A stretch of 63,694 bases of DNA, filler included, from Octopus bimaculoides (GCF_001194135.2; 7 parts of 7 records of this genome joined end to end with filler, not necessarily neighbours in it), one strand, 5' to 3'. Shown: positions 1-15,305, numbered from the whole stretch's first letter. Notes: generated by a model not told the origin, from the letters alone. Translations and numbers: made by a program.

Positions 1-92
<92 letters not shown>

Positions 93-424
93 TGAGAGAG
101 AGATAGAGATTATATATATGTATATATATGTATGTATTAATCGATTTCACACACATACACAAACATACACAGATACAAAAACACACACACCTACACACAC
201 ACGCACACATAACCTTGTGTGTACATAATATATGTATATATATATATATGTATACATGCGTATGTATGTACTTACTTCTGTAAGTTGTATGTATGTCTGT
301 ATACATATATATATATATGTATGCATGCATGCATGTATGTATGTATGTATGTATGTATGTATGCATGTATGCATGCGTACATGCATGTATGTATGTATGT
401 ATGTATGTATGTATGTATGTATGC

Positions 425-457
<33 letters not shown>

Positions 458-463
458 TGTATG
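1..463. repeat. Compound microsatellite (CA/TA/GA/TATG)
   Basis: Direct reading; representative of dozens of such tracts, many of which abut N gaps. Confidence 0.95.
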
Positions 464-1005
464 TCTTAATCGATGTAGGGGATTGGAGAAGATAAATCCA
501 ATCTACACTAATAAACTTGACCGATTGAGTATCGTCTGCTTTATCTCATCTCTACAATCCGTGTATTTAGGTGAAGCGAAATAACTGATTTTTTTAATTC
601 NNNNNNNNNNNNNNNNNNNNNNNNNNNNNNNNNNNNNNNNNNNNNNNNNNNNNNNNNNNNNNNNNNNNNNNNNNNNNNNNNNNNNNNNNNNNNNNNNNNN
701 NNNNNNNNNNNNNNNNNNNNNNNNNNNNNNNNNNNNNNNNNNNNNNNNNNNNNNNNNNNNNNNNNNNNNNNNNNNNNNNNNNNNNNNNNNNNNNNNNNNN
801 NNNNNNNNNNNNNNNNNNNNNNNNNNNNNNNNNNNNNNNNNNNNNNNNNNNNNNNNNNNNNNNNNNNNNNNNNNNNNNNNNNNNNNNNNNNNNNNNNNNN
901 NNNNNNNNNNNNNNNNNNNNNNNNNNNNNNNNNNNNNNNNNNNNNNNNNNNNNNNNNNNNNNNNNNNNNNNNNNNNNNNNNNNNNNNNNNNNNNNNNNNN
1001 NNNNN

Positions 1006-1250
1006 NTTCCACTCCACCTCATTTTGCCACAGCCACTTCCTTCCCTTCCCTCTTCAGAGAAGGCGGTGGAACATCTTTATTACAGATGCGGAAGACGGTT
1101 GTATCTTCCCAAACGTGATAGCAGTTGTTCAACATAAAGCTACAATTCCGAAAGTTTCGGACACTGCACAATTGCGTGCAGAACAGTTTCACTGCTCTGC
1201 GCGCATCCAGGGCAAACCTACCCCAAGATCTTATTAGATCGAATCATACC
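1006..1250 (-). mobile_element. L1/Tx1-type LINE ORF2 C-terminal fragment (zf-RVT CCHC knuckle), degenerate
   Basis: Minus-strand translation VCPGCAQSSETVLHAIVQCPKLSEL*LYVEQLLSRLGR is a C-x2-C-x8-H-x4-C knuckle typical of the L1/Tx1 ORF2 end. Contains a stop and frameshifts. Confidence 0.7.
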
Positions 1251-1261
1251 CCACCACCTCT

Positions 1262-1292
<31 letters not shown>

Positions 1293-1586
1293 ATCAACTT
1301 GTTTAGTTTGCTTTGGTCTGAGCTCAAACGCCAAGAAGCGTCCCTTGTATCAGACGAAGGTGTATGTTTTAAACTAAACCTTATGAGTTTCCACGTGGGC
1401 GAAATTATTGGCTGTCTCGAAAGAAGTGTCACTCTCTCTAGAGTAGATATTCAATGACGTTAAATAGCCATAACACGGGTTTCTCCGCATGTTCTTTGTC
1501 CATCGGTCTGCTTGCCTGCCTGCCTGCCTGCACACATGTATGTACGTACACACACACACAAACATATATATTCTTTTCTTTTATTT

Positions 1587-1795
1587 GTTTCAGTCATTTG
1601 ACTGCGGCCATGCTGGAGCACCGCCTTAATAAGGTTCTAGTCGAAGAAATCGACCCCAGGACTTATTCTTTGTAAGCCTAGTACTTATTCTACCGGCCAC
1701 TTCTGCCGAACCGCTAAGGTACGGAGACCTAAACACACCAGCAGCGTTTGTTAGGGGATAGCGGGGGAACAGACACAGACACCAAAACAAACACA
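1587..1795 (-). mobile_element. SINE family C, 3' half
   Basis: tttcagtcatttgactgcggccatgctggagcaccgcc...gaccccaggacttattc recurs at about 10243, 13390, 13735, 15018, 43360, 44340 and 62270. Confidence 0.8.
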
Positions 1796-2444
1796 CACCT
1801 AAATATATCCAGGATATATAATTCTTAGTAGTTAATTGTTTATTTGTTTGATTAACTTCTCTGTAGGTTGATTGTCTTTTTTTTTGTTGTTTTTTTGTAT
1901 TTATAAACTGTGAATTGTTACTTGAATTAACGCTGAAGAGAATTTATATATTTTTCTGTTTTTGATCGTTCTGGCGTTCGGTTAATTTCTTTCTATCATA
2001 ATTTAATTGTTTGCTCCTTTCTGGGTTATTGTAAAGGTTTTTATATTTTTGTTGGTAGAACCCATTCATCCCAATAATGAATTCCCGAGGAAAAGCCTAA
2101 TTTGTGATTTCAAAACGATTGTATTTCGTTTTGTTTTGAATTAATTAGGCTTGGAAACAAATTGTAGAGTTTTTATTGGATATTTGTATCAACTTGGAAT
2201 GAAGTAACGTCTACACTTCTATTTCTCCTTTCCTTATTATACTATATATGTGCGTGTACACTGTATTTTAACGTCTATAACGAACCCTTTTTTTTTGTCA
2301 AAAATGAGGTGAAAAAATATGGGAGTTTCTTATACATGGATAGTATTATAATCCCTTACAAAACATTTTTTCTAAATTTTAAGCTATCCCCCCCAAATTA
2401 GGGGGTTCCTTAAACACGTTAAAATAGGGAATATACGACTGGCA

Positions 2445-2610
2445 TCTTTCAGTTTGCGTCTACCAAATCCACTCACAAGGCTTTGGTCACCCCACTCCCC
2501 GGGACAATACGAAAAGATACTTGCCCAAGGTGCCACGCAGTAGGACTTGAACCCCCCGGAACCATGTGGTTGGAAGCAAGGTTCTTACTAAACAGCTACG
2601 CCTGCCCCTA
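2445..2610 (-). mobile_element. SINE family C, 5' head (tRNA-derived, CORE-like)
   Basis: ctaccaaatccactcacaaggctttggtc...cttgcccaaggtgccacgcag...gaacccccggaaccatgtggttgg. The reverse complement has a B-box-like GGTTC and a ggcaccttgggcaag motif resembling the CORE domain. Confidence 0.75.
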
Positions 2611-3579
2611 TATATATATATATATNNNNNNNNNNNNNNNNNNNNNNNNNNNNNNNNNNNNNNNNNNNNNNNNNNNNNNNNNNNNNNNNNNNNNNNNNNN
2701 NNNNNNNNNNNNNNNNNNNNNNNNNNNNNNNNNNNNNNNNNNNNNNNNNNNNNNNNNNNNNNNNNNNNNNNNNNNNNNNNNNNNNNNNNNNNNNNNNNNN
2801 NNNNNNNNNNNNNNNNNNNNNNNNNNNNNNNNNNNNNNNNNNNNNNNNNNNNNNNNNNNNNNNNNNNNNNNNNNNNNNNNNNNNNNNNNNNNNNNNNNNN
2901 NNNNNNNNNNNNNNNNNNNNNNNNNNNNNNNNNNNNNNNNNNNNNNNNNNNNNNNNNNNNNNNNNNNNNNNNNNNNNNNNNNNNNNNNNNNNNNNNNNNN
3001 NNNNNNNNNNNNNNNNNNNNNNNNNNNNNNNNNNNNNNNNNNNNNNNNNNNNNNNNNNNNNNNNNNNNNNNNNNNNNNNNNNNNNNNNNNNNNNNNNNNN
3101 NNNNNNNNNNNNNNNNNNNNNNNNNNNNNNNNNNNNNNNNNNNNNNNNNNNNNNNNNNNNNNNNNNNNNNNNNNNNNNNNNCCTCACTGGTGAATACATT
3201 CAATAATATATTTTATTATAAATAGTGAGAAAGTAAAGAATGTGACGTTAAGTAATAAAGATGATGAAAACGAAATATTGCTTCCTCAAGTTATAATCAT
3301 TCGTATGTCAAGAAAATATAGTTATAAACATGGTAAGTATTTAAATAAATAAAAAAATAGTCTATTGCTATTAAACTGTTTGAGCATTTTCTCAAGATAT
3401 TTTTTATAATAAAGCAAGTAGATTCTTCATTAGATGTTCGATATTCTGCTTATACTTATCGTTATTGTTGCAATCATAATACCACATACATATGTCCTCA
3501 AAATTATTCATGCCCTTGTTAATTTTTGTGATTTAAAAAATTTTTGTGATGAAATGAATGCATAGTTTATGAGTTATAT

Positions 3580-4972
<1,393 letters not shown>

Positions 4973-4980
<8 letters not shown>

Positions 4981-5315
4981 GTGCCAAGCTGTATCGGCCC
5001 CTTTGCTTTTCCCTTGGATAACACTGGTGGCGTGGAGAAGGGAGACCGGTATGCATGGGCGACTGCTGGTCTTACATAAATAATCTTGCCTGGATTTGTG
5101 CCTCGGAGAGTAACTTTCTAAGTGCAATCCCATGGTCATTCATGACCGAAGGGGTTTTTACTCTTTATCCTATGTACATATAATGGCGTGGAGAGGGGAG
5201 GCTGGTAAGCATGAACGACTGCTGGTCTTCCATAAATAGCCTTGCTCGGACTTGTGCCTCGAAGAGGAATTTTCTAGGTGCAATCCCATGGTCATTCATG
5301 ACGGAAGGCAGGTCA
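4973..5315 (+). mobile_element. Retroposon 3'-tail segment, two diverged tandem copies (~130 bp)
   Basis: Units 5028-5158 and 5184-5315 share tggcgtggag..gactgctggtct..gtgcaatcccatggtcattcatgac. The first ends in a GGTCA-TTCA-TGACC hairpin; the second has one mismatch. Confidence 0.55.
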
Positions 5316-5334
5316 TTTTCAATTTCTTTTTTAC

Positions 5335-5375
<41 letters not shown>

Positions 5376-5812
5376 ATAATAAAAACAATTTTACATTAAA
5401 CGGAAGGATCATTCAATGCTGTGTGTGTGTGTATGTGTATGTGTGTGTTTGTGTGTGTGTGTGTGTATGTGTGTGTGTGTGTGTGTGTACACGTTTATGA
5501 ATTTGTGTTGCAAGATTCCTGATGTGAAACTGTGAGTTGAAACAGATATTGTATTTTGGGACGGTAATTTTTTTTCTTCTAATTAAAGACACACACTATA
5601 TATTCGTTCTTCACTCGTTTATTACTGTTCTTATTTTAACTCATGTCCATTGGCCGCGACTTCTGGATACAGTATTCTAACAACCGTGTACGAACTGGCA
5701 TTATCTTTCTTTTGTCTATGAACATGCTTCTCACTTCAATAGTTGTAGACTCTTTCACTTTCTTCTTATTGCCATCCTTATATGTACTCAACACACGCGT
5801 ATACATCTATGC

Positions 5813-5862
<50 letters not shown>

Positions 5863-6190
5863 TTTGTTCTTATGACGGCCTGTCTAAAATTTTGTATTCA
5901 AGGCGCACACACGGACACAGGTCATTACACCAATAAATGTTCTCTTAATCTTTCTTATGCGGTTGTGTCTCTTTTACATCTGGCACCTATATGTTCTATT
6001 CAGTTTCTCTTCATTGTAAGGGCTATGTGATCTGGTACGAGAGAGCCAGTCTCGTCACCTCACATCAGACCGTCCATTACACATCCATCCATCCATCCAT
6101 CCATTTATCTATCTATCATATTTCTTTACTACCTACAAGGGGCAACACACAGAGGAGACAAACGAGGACAGACAAACATTCATCTGTCTA

Positions 6191-6234
<44 letters not shown>

Positions 6235-6316
6235 TTTATCTTGTGTTTTCTTGCCATTTGATTAAGACGATAAAAATTACAAATAAAATAATTCTATATT
6301 CAAGAGATGAGGAATT

Positions 6317-6420
6317 ATGTACATTATTTACATTTGACGGATATTTGTCCTCATCTTATTTGTTGTTAACACAACAAACAAGATGAGGACAAATATCTGT
6401 CAAATGTAAACAATGTAAAT
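6317..6420. repeat. Near-perfect palindrome (~40-50-bp arms, 4-nt spacer)
   Basis: 6327-6366 tttacatttgacggatatttgtcctcatcttatttgttgt vs 6371-6410 acaacaaacaagatgaggacaaatatctgtcaaatgtaaa: reverse complements with 2 mismatches. Confidence 0.9.
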
Positions 6421-6781
6421 GATGTAAAATAATCATTTTCCCCTTTAAAAAATCAAGTTGAGAATGTCGACACTTTGAAGAGTCATCGCAGGTACCGCTG
6501 AACGTCCTTTTCTTATTTACTTTTTCCTTCCCTTAATCATGCAACTTTTGGAGTGCCTTGAACTAAAAGATAGAAATTCTCCTTATATTCTTATGAAGTA
6601 TATTTTAAATCACGGGTATCTAATTCTTTTTTCATAAAAGTGAAAATTACCATTTCATTTAAAATAAAATATTAATCTTTATTATCTTAATCAAAAGTTA
6701 AAAAAAACAAAACAGACTATCTCTATATAGGTGAAGATCAGTTGCATTGGGAAGAGTTGAATCTCATAGGAATGGAAAAAC

Positions 6782-7340
6782 AACAAATGGGTTGTACTTT
6801 ACAATAACTCCGTTACGAGCATTCAAATGCCACTGCAACGTTGAAATCGTTGCCTCAGTGAAGTCATTTAAGTATGTCGTCAAGTACACTCTGAAAAGAA
6901 ATTACCAAGCTGCTATTTAATTAAACAGTTATAACGTAATGGGTAGGTATTTTGGATCATCCAAAGTAGTTGCATCCATTTTAGGATTTTCAATTCATGA
7001 AAGAGCACTTGCAATGGTGAGACTGCAATTTCATTTACTAGATGAACAAAGAATACTGTTCAGAAATAATGAGGATATCAATGAAATAATGAGGCTGTCA
7101 ATGAACGACATATGACAGAATTCTTTTCATTGTGCATCAATGATGACTTTGATGAATATTACTTTATGCTGAAGTACCCACGTATTTCACTTGGAACAGT
7201 AGGAACAAAGGATAGCAAAGAAGAAAGCGAGGGAAAAAGTTGAAGGCCATTTGAACGTTTTCAAAGAAGAAACACTTCGTCGTGTTTATGTTGTCACACC
7301 AAAAGCAGAATAGTATTATTTAAGAATTTTATTGCATGAA
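6782..7340 (+). mobile_element. Helitron RepHel fragment (post-Rep region), degenerate
   Basis: Frameshifted translation: NKWVVLYN...CHCNVEIVASVKSFKYVVKY...GRYFGSSK..ILGFSIHERALAMVRLQFHLLDEQRILF...LYAEVPTYFTWN...QRRKRG...RVYVVTPK..YYLRILL. These match conserved Helitron motifs (WVVPYN, CHINVE, RLQVHL, WQRRK, YYLRLLL). Confidence 0.85.
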
Positions 7341-8084
7341 GTTCGAAATAGTATTTTTTTTCTTCCCCGCTGAGCATCGACATTTTCAACATGGAATGAT
7401 TGTGACCCAACGGATCACGGCGGGTACATCTAGTAATNNNNNNNNNNNNNNNNNNNNNNNNNNNNNNNNNNNNNNNNNNNNNNNNNNNNNNNNNNNNNNN
7501 NNNNNNNNNNNNNNNNNNNNNNNNNNNNNNNNNNNNNNNNNNNNNNNNNNNNNNNNNNNNNNNNNNNNNNNNNNNNNNNNNNNNNNNNNNNNNNNNNNNN
7601 NNNNNNNNNNNNNNNNNNNNNNNNNNNNNNNNNNNNNNNNNNNNNNNNNNNNNNNNNNNNNNNNNNNNNNNNNNNNNNNNNNNNNNNNNNNNNNNNNNNN
7701 NNNNNNNNNNNNNNNNNNNNNNNNNNNNNNNNNNNNNNNNNNNNNNNNNNNNNNNNNNNNNNNNNNNNNNNNNNNNNNNNNNNNNNNNNNNNNNNNNNNN
7801 NNNNNNNNNNNNNNNNNNNNNNNNNNNNNNNNNNNNNNNNNNNNNNNNNNNNNNNNNNNNNNNNNNNNNNNNNNNNNNNNNNNNNNNNNNNNNNNNNNNN
7901 NNNNNNNNNNNNNNNNNNNNNNNNNNNNNNNNNNNNNNNNNNNNNNNNNNNNNNNNNNNNNNNNNNNNNNNNNNNNNNNNNNNNNNNNNNNNNNNNNNNN
8001 NNNNNNNNNNNNNNNNNNNNNNNNNNNNNNNNNNNNNNNNNNNCCATCGCCTGCACCCTATATAGATAGACAGATAAATGTATG

Positions 8085-8124
<40 letters not shown>

Positions 8125-8410
8125 TGTTACTTGCGTGACAGTGTGTGTGCTCATATGTGTGTGTGTGTGTGTGTATGTGTGTGTGTAAGTATCCGTGTTC
8201 GTTTGATGTGAGTGCTATGTATTTGCTTTCCTACTTCCTCTCTTTCTCTCTCTGTCACTTCCGGTTTTATATAGTTTGTTTAAAGGCAATACTTCTCTCT
8301 CAAACGACTAACACTTGTTTTTACTTCACTCCCAGCACTTTTTTTTTCGTTTTGTTTTGTCTAAATAAACGGCACGCCGTTCTTTTTCCCATTATTATTA
8401 TTGTTACTAC

Positions 8411-8472
<62 letters not shown>

Positions 8473-8585
8473 CTTGGAGTCTTCCTCAATCGTTTACATA
8501 TGCGTTTGGTTGGTTGTTTCAATGATCTATATTTATAGCGGTCCACATTCAACTTGAAACCGTTATTATATATATATATATATAT

Positions 8586-8667
<82 letters not shown>

Positions 8668-8869
8668 CACACACACACATATATACACACACACACATAT
8701 ACTTTTTTATTTTTATTTTATCTATTCATTTTGATTTCTGGTTTAAATTTTTCAGGGGAATATAAATGTTGTCAAAGAAATCACGTTTCTCTACCCGCAA
8801 CTATTTTGCCTACCCTAACTAACAAAGAACGAAGGATTAAAGTTTTAGGAGAAAAGAGGTTGTTAAACC

Positions 8870-9870
8870 CAATGATTTGATACTGTATTTTTATCGACAC
8901 CGGAAACATGAATAGCGAGGTTGACCTTGATGAGATTTGAACTCGGATCGTAAAGAGGCATTTAAGTAAGAAGTGTAACGTGTTTAATCGACCGCCCCCC
9001 CCACCCTGATTCTAACACTTGGCACGCCACTTCCTTATGCATTTATAGTTTTCCTTTCTAATATAAACACAAAGCCACATATTTAGATGAAGGCTGGGAC
9101 GTACTTTAATTTAATGACTTTCAAATCACGGTTAAACAATTGGATACCTTATTTCAAAACCGAAAAGTTAAAAGATGAAGTTTTCATTGACGAAGATTTG
9201 AACATTGAACAAAAATACGGGTTTCAAATTTTGGTACAAGTTCAGTGGGAGGAGTAAATTGATTAGATCGACTCTAGTCTTCAAATGGTATTTGTTTCAT
9301 CAACCCCCGGAAGAATTACAGGTAAAGACGACCTCAGCAAAATTTGAACTCGGAACGTAAAGACGGACAAAATACTACAACTCATTTTACCCCCGGGGTG
9401 CTAACGATTCTGCCTGCTCATCTGCTTAATGAACTGGATGCAAATTTTGACAAAAGGCCAGCTATTTCGGTGGGAGGGTGAAAGTTGATTACATCGACTG
9501 GTACGCAACTGGTACTTAATTTATCGACCCGGAAAGAACGAAAGGCATAGTCGACCTCGGCGGAATTTGAAAACGTAAATATTAATATTCTTTTTTGCTC
9601 TAGGCAAAAGGCCCAAAATTTTTGGGGAGGGGGCCAGTCGATTACATCGACCCCAGTACGCAACTGGTACTTAATNNNNNNNNNNGGCGGAATTTGAAAA
9701 CGTAAATATTAATATTCTTTTTTGCTCTAGGCAAAAGGCCCAAAATTTTTGGGGAGGGGGCCAGTCGATTACATCGACCCCAGTACGCAACTGGTACTTA
9801 ATTTATCGACCCCGTAAGAACGAAAGGGATTGTCGACCTCGGCGGAATTTGAAAACGTAAATATTAATTT
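8870..9870 (-). mobile_element. Cluster of SINE family A fragments, the last ones in tandem
   Basis: Repeated actggtacttaatttatcgacccc...gtcgacctcggcggaatttgaa motifs at about 8880, 9290, 9500, 9640 and 9770. Confidence 0.7.
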
Positions 9871-10242
9871 TGGCAACCAGGAAAAACGATAATCGTCGTT
9901 TGACCTTCTGAGTTGCCCCCAAGCCATCTCAGTTTAGCACAGTGTTTTGATGATTGTATGTTACTGCTTTTCGTTGCATCTAACCTTTTTATCAGTGTAT
10001 TTCCACTGAAATACATTGCTTTTGCTTTACTTAATTTTTTAAAGTAATTTTGTCATTATTAAGCAGGTGTTTGGAACTCAAAGTGACCAGTAAATTTTTA
10101 AAGGATGTTTTAATTTAGATCACTTTAACCTTTGTGGTACCGTAACTCTTTTGAAACATACTGTTTTTGCTTTAATTAATTGTGAAAATAATGAAGTATT
10201 TAGTCAAATAACTTTGTCATTATCAACTCTCTTACTCTTTTA

Positions 10243-10871
10243 CTTGTTTCAGTCATATGACTGCGGCCATGCTGGAGCACCGCCTTTAGTCGAGCAAGTC
10301 TACCCCAGGACTTATTCTTTGGAAGCCTAGTACTTATTCTATCGGTGTCTTTTGCCGAACGGCTATGTTACGGGGACGTAAACACGCCAGCATCGGTTGT
10401 GAAGTGATGTTGTGGCGGGGGGGGGGACGACAAACACAGACACGTGACGGCTGGAAGTAGGTGCGGTTGTACCAAATAGACAGGCTGCGTTCTATGTCTT
10501 GACCACGAACTAAACGATAACATCAAAAACACCGATTTGCTTCGGTAATCTTTTACATGCTTCAGTCNNNNNNNNNNNNNNNNNNNNNNNNNNNNNNNNN
10601 NNNNNNNNNNNNNNNNNNNNNNNNNNNNNNNNNNNNNNNNNNNNNNNNNNNNNNNNNNNNNNNNNNNNNNNNNNNNNNNNNNNNNNNNNNNNNNNNNNNN
10701 NNNNNNNNNNNNNNNNNNNNNNNNNNNNNNNNNNNNNNNNNNNNNNNNNNNNNNNNNNNNNNNNNNNNNNNNNNNNNNNNNNNNNNNNNNNNNNNNNNNN
10801 NNNNNNNNNNNNNNNNNNNNNNNNNNNNNNNNNNNNNNNNNNNNNNNNNNNNNNNNNNNNNNNNNNNNNNN

Positions 10872-10913
<42 letters not shown>

Positions 10914-10936
10914 GAGAGAGATAGATAGATAAATAA

Positions 10937-10988
<52 letters not shown>

Positions 10989-11110
10989 TTACAATAAGTT
11001 TCTTTCAGTTTCCTTCTAACAAATCCACTCACAATGTTTTGGTCAGCCGGAGGCTATAACAGAAGACACTTGCCCAAGCTGCAACGCAGTGGGACTGAAC
11101 CCGGAACCAC
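10243..11110 (-). mobile_element. SINE family C copy spanning a gap and microsatellites
   Basis: 3' half at 10243-10445; head at ~10995-11110 (caaatccactcacaa..cttgcccaag..gggactgaacccggaacc). Confidence 0.7.
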
Positions 11111-11289
11111 AGTCACATTGAAGAAATCTAAATATCGTTGTTAAATGATCTATAATACGCTTCAAAGAATTGCGTAAAGTTTTAAGTATTTATTTATTTA
11201 TTTTTGTGAATTTCATCCAACTCACAAGAACTCTTTTTCAGTTCCAATCGATCAAATGAGAAGAGTGAAGAAGACTGGAGAAAAAAGCC

Positions 11290-11504
11290 AAGTAATGTAG
11301 TGGCAGTGGTGGTGGTGATGGTGGCGGTGGCGGTGATTATGGTCGACGATAATTTTGTATTGTTGTTTGTGGTGGTATTGGCGATGGTGTGATGGTGAAG
11401 CTTGTGGACATTAAAGGCGTTGATGGCGATGTTGTTGTTGGTGATGGTGGTGGTGGTGAGAATGGAAGTTTTTAGAAATAACATGGAGGTAGTGGTGGTG
11501 GTAG

Positions 11505-11535
<31 letters not shown>

Positions 11536-11663
11536 GGTGGTGGTGGTGAAGCTGGTGGACATTAAAGGCGTTGATGGCGATGTTGTTGTTGTTGTTGGTG
11601 GTGGTGGTGAGAATGGAGGTTGTGGAAGTAACATGGAGGCAGTGGTGGTGGTAGTATTACTGA

Positions 11664-11694
<31 letters not shown>

Positions 11695-11700
11695 GGAGGT
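11290..11700. repeat. GGT/GTT low-complexity tract with an internal ~150-bp duplication
   Basis: tggacattaaaggcgttgatggcgatgttg...gagaatgga...aacatggagg occurs at ~11405 and ~11555. Confidence 0.8.
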
Positions 11701-12898
11701 AAACCGGGCCAAGGATTAAGTGATTAAACCTACTCATACCACTATCATCCCACACACAGACAAAAACAAAAAAAAAGCCACTTCCAGACGGTGTACCTCA
11801 AATGACACTCTTGTACCCTACACTTTGGTAGGAGATAACTTGCACCCCAACAAAATAATGCCCGGCAGTAAAAAGATCCACTACCCATAACCAAACCAAA
11901 AAAAGAAAAAAAAAACTTCATGAAACTACAAATCAAATTATTAATGGAACTCACAACCGTCATAGAATCCAAAAATAACTACGACCAAGGCTCTTGAAGT
12001 TTTTATGAATTGGCGAATTTTAAGGGATTCGTTGTCTGTCTTATGTTTCTATAATAGTAATTTCAATCCATATTCTACGTAGAAACATATTTGAATTTAT
12101 TTTAATCCCTAGCATATATTTTACCCATTCTTTTTTATTATGGCCTTCTTTTATCCTTTCGATTTATTTTTATGTACTTTCAACGAAGATTAGGTCATAT
12201 AATTGAGACGGTCTCTTTTTTTTACTTTCACATCTGTTTAACTGGAAACTTTGGACAATCTGGAAATAAAACCTTCACCTCTTCTCTCTCCCTCTCTCTT
12301 TCTATGCTCCATCTTCCTCTCTGTCTGCCGCGAGGTGTGTGACTATGTATGTATGTATGTATGTATGTATGTACACAAGCACACACACATACACGCACGC
12401 ACGTACACACATATAAATATATACATTCATACATACATAAGCTTATACACGAACGTATAGACGAAACACACAGCATATATAATACAATCTGCAAGTTATG
12501 TGTGNNNNNNNNNNNNNNNNNNNNNNNNNNNNNNNNNNNNNNNNNNNNNNNNNNNNNNNNNNNNNNNNNNNNNNNNNNNNNNNNNNNNNNNNNNNNNNNN
12601 NNNNNNNNNNNNNNNNNNNNNNNNNNNNNNNNNNNNNNNNNNNNNNNNNNNNNNNNNNNNNNNNNNNNNNNNNNNNNNNNNNNNNNNNNNNNNNNNNNNN
12701 NNNNNNNNNNNNNNNNNNNNNNNNNNNNNNNNNNNNNNNNNNNNNNNNNNNNNNNNNNNNNNNNNNNNNNNNNNNNNNNNNNNNNNNNNNNNNNNNNNNN
12801 NNNNNNNNNNNNNNNNNNNNNNNNNNNNNNNNNNNNNNNNNNNNNNNNNNNNNNNNNNNNNNNNNNNNNNNNNNNNNNNNNNNNNNNNNNNNNNNNNN

Positions 12899-12968
<70 letters not shown>

Positions 12969-13389
12969 TACATAGATAAATACATACATACATACATAAA
13001 TACATACATACATACATACGTATATATGTGTGTGTATGTGTATACATGTATGATTTTTCTTTGAGTTTTATTTAAGTTCTTGAGAGAGTCCAAACTGGTT
13101 GCTAACAAAGCGACAAGATGTTTTGAGCTAAGAGAGTTCCCGGTGTTTGTGAAAATGTGATCGAGTTGTTGTGTTGGTTGAACTATCGATACATACACCC
13201 AAGTGTTTGCACCTATTCACATAAGAATCTCAGATGGAGAATTTTTGGAATGTCTTACAAATCTTTACTGTGCTACTAGTAGATTGGATTTGGGAAATCC
13301 ACATGAGTTTCTTTTGCTCTGTCTCTTTTCCTTCTAAGTTTTTGTTCAAATTTCATGGTAATGCACTTATACTCTTCTATTCTTTGATT

Positions 13390-13588
13390 TGTTTCAGACA
13401 TTTGACTGCGGCCATGCTGGAGCACCGTCTTTAGTCGAGCAAATCCGTCTACCAAATCCACTCACAAGGCTTTGGTCGGCCCCTAGGCTATATTAGAAGA
13501 CACTTGCCCAAGGTACCACGCAGTGGGACTGAACCCGGAACCACGTGGTTCGTAAGCAAGCTATTTACCACACAGCCACTCCTACGCA
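13390..13588 (-). mobile_element. SINE family C, internally deleted copy
   Basis: The tail (..ttagtcgagcaaatc) is fused directly to the head part (cgtctaccaaatccactcac..) at ~13445; the central body and microsatellite are missing. Confidence 0.85.
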
Positions 13589-13734
13589 TTTTACTGTTCC
13601 TAAGTGGAACAGTAAAAATTATGCAAAACTTTTCTCAAGTTCTCCATGTAATATACACACATACGTGTACATACATATATACATGTATACATGCATACAT
13701 ACATACAAACATACATACATCTTTTATCTTTTTC

Positions 13735-14112
13735 TTCAGTCATTAAATGAATCGCCACCAATGCTTTTTATTTTTTTAAGCCTGTTCTTATTCTATCAGA
13801 ATATTTTGCTGAACTGCTAAGTTACGGGGAAGTAAACACGTCAGTACCGGTGGTGGTGGGGACAACCACACACACACAAAAACACACACACACAAAAACA
13901 CACACACACACAAACACACACACACAAAAACACACACACACATAGGACTGGCTTCTTTCAGTTTCCGTTTACCAAATTCACTCACAAGGCTTTGGTCAGC
14001 CCGAGATTAAAGTACAAGACACTAGCTCAAAGTGCAACACAGTGGGACTGAACCCGGAACCATGTGGTTGAGAAACAAGCTTCTTACCACACTCACACAC
14101 ACCAACGCATGC
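13735..14112 (-). mobile_element. SINE family C, full-length diverged copy
   Basis: Tail, central (CA)n-like tract and head (gggactgaacccggaaccatgtggttg..cttaccacac) are all present in order. Confidence 0.85.
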
Positions 14113-14889
14113 GCAGGCATAGCTACATAGAAACACACGCATTCACATACACACACATACACGTTCACACATACATACACACACACGTACATATATACAT
14201 GCATACTTACATATATGCACACGTACACACATGCATGCATGCATCCATCTATTCATACACACGCATACACACACACATACATTCAACACAATTACATATA
14301 TGAAGTTACTGTGAATAACAGTTGTGCATTCACAAGTATCCATTTAAAACTACTCTCCATGATTTTAAAGTATAAAATACAGATCTTCTAAAGCCAGCGC
14401 CATTACCAACCAGCTTTTTCTTAGTCTTTACAAGATTTTCTTTATCTGTTGCTATAAAATAGTTGTTTTTTTTTTATATAGAGGATGAAATTAATCGAAT
14501 CTTAAAAGCCGTTACATCTTAGTAGCTTCAGCATCTGATATATCTGGTTGTCTAAAATATTTCTACCACGGATTTGAATTGTTATTCAAACCGTTGTAAA
14601 TCTGATTAACTCTGTGAAAGGTACACATACGTGGTCAAAAGCAGTCATAGAAGGAAGAATAGACACGCTCATACATGCATACATATATGAATTTATTACA
14701 TGTGTGTGTGTGTGTGTGTCTATGTGTATGTGTGTCTATGTGTGTGTGTGTGTGTGTGTGTCTATGTGTATGTGTGTCTATGTGTGTGTGTGTGTGTGTG
14801 TCTACATACACACACATATATATATACACACACATATATATTATGATTTATTACATGTATATATGTGTGTGTGTGTGTACGTGGGACCG

Positions 14890-14926
<37 letters not shown>

Positions 14927-15111
14927 GTGTGTGTGTGGGTGTGTGTGTGTGTGTGCGTGCGTGCGTGCGTGTGTGTGCGTGCGTGCGTGCGTGCGTGTGT
15001 GTGCGTGTGTGTATCTTTTTCAGTCATTAGACTGCAATTGTTTACTATGAAATATTCTGATGTGATTGTCTGTGTTTTTTAACACTAACCCATCTAGCAT
15101 TTATCCAGTAC

Positions 15112-15149
<38 letters not shown>

Positions 15150-15274
15150 TGAAACCTGGTACTTATTCTATCACACTCATTTTACCAAACTGCTAAGTTA
15201 AGAGGACATAAACAAATCAACACTGGTTGTCAAGCGGTGGTAGTGGACAAAGACAGAGAGAGAGAGAGGGAGAG

Positions 15275-15305
<31 letters not shown>

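Noticed and set aside
9559-9802. 117-bp identical duplication
   Set aside because: Also flanks a 10-N gap, so probably an overlap artefact, although real SINE tandem units are nearby.
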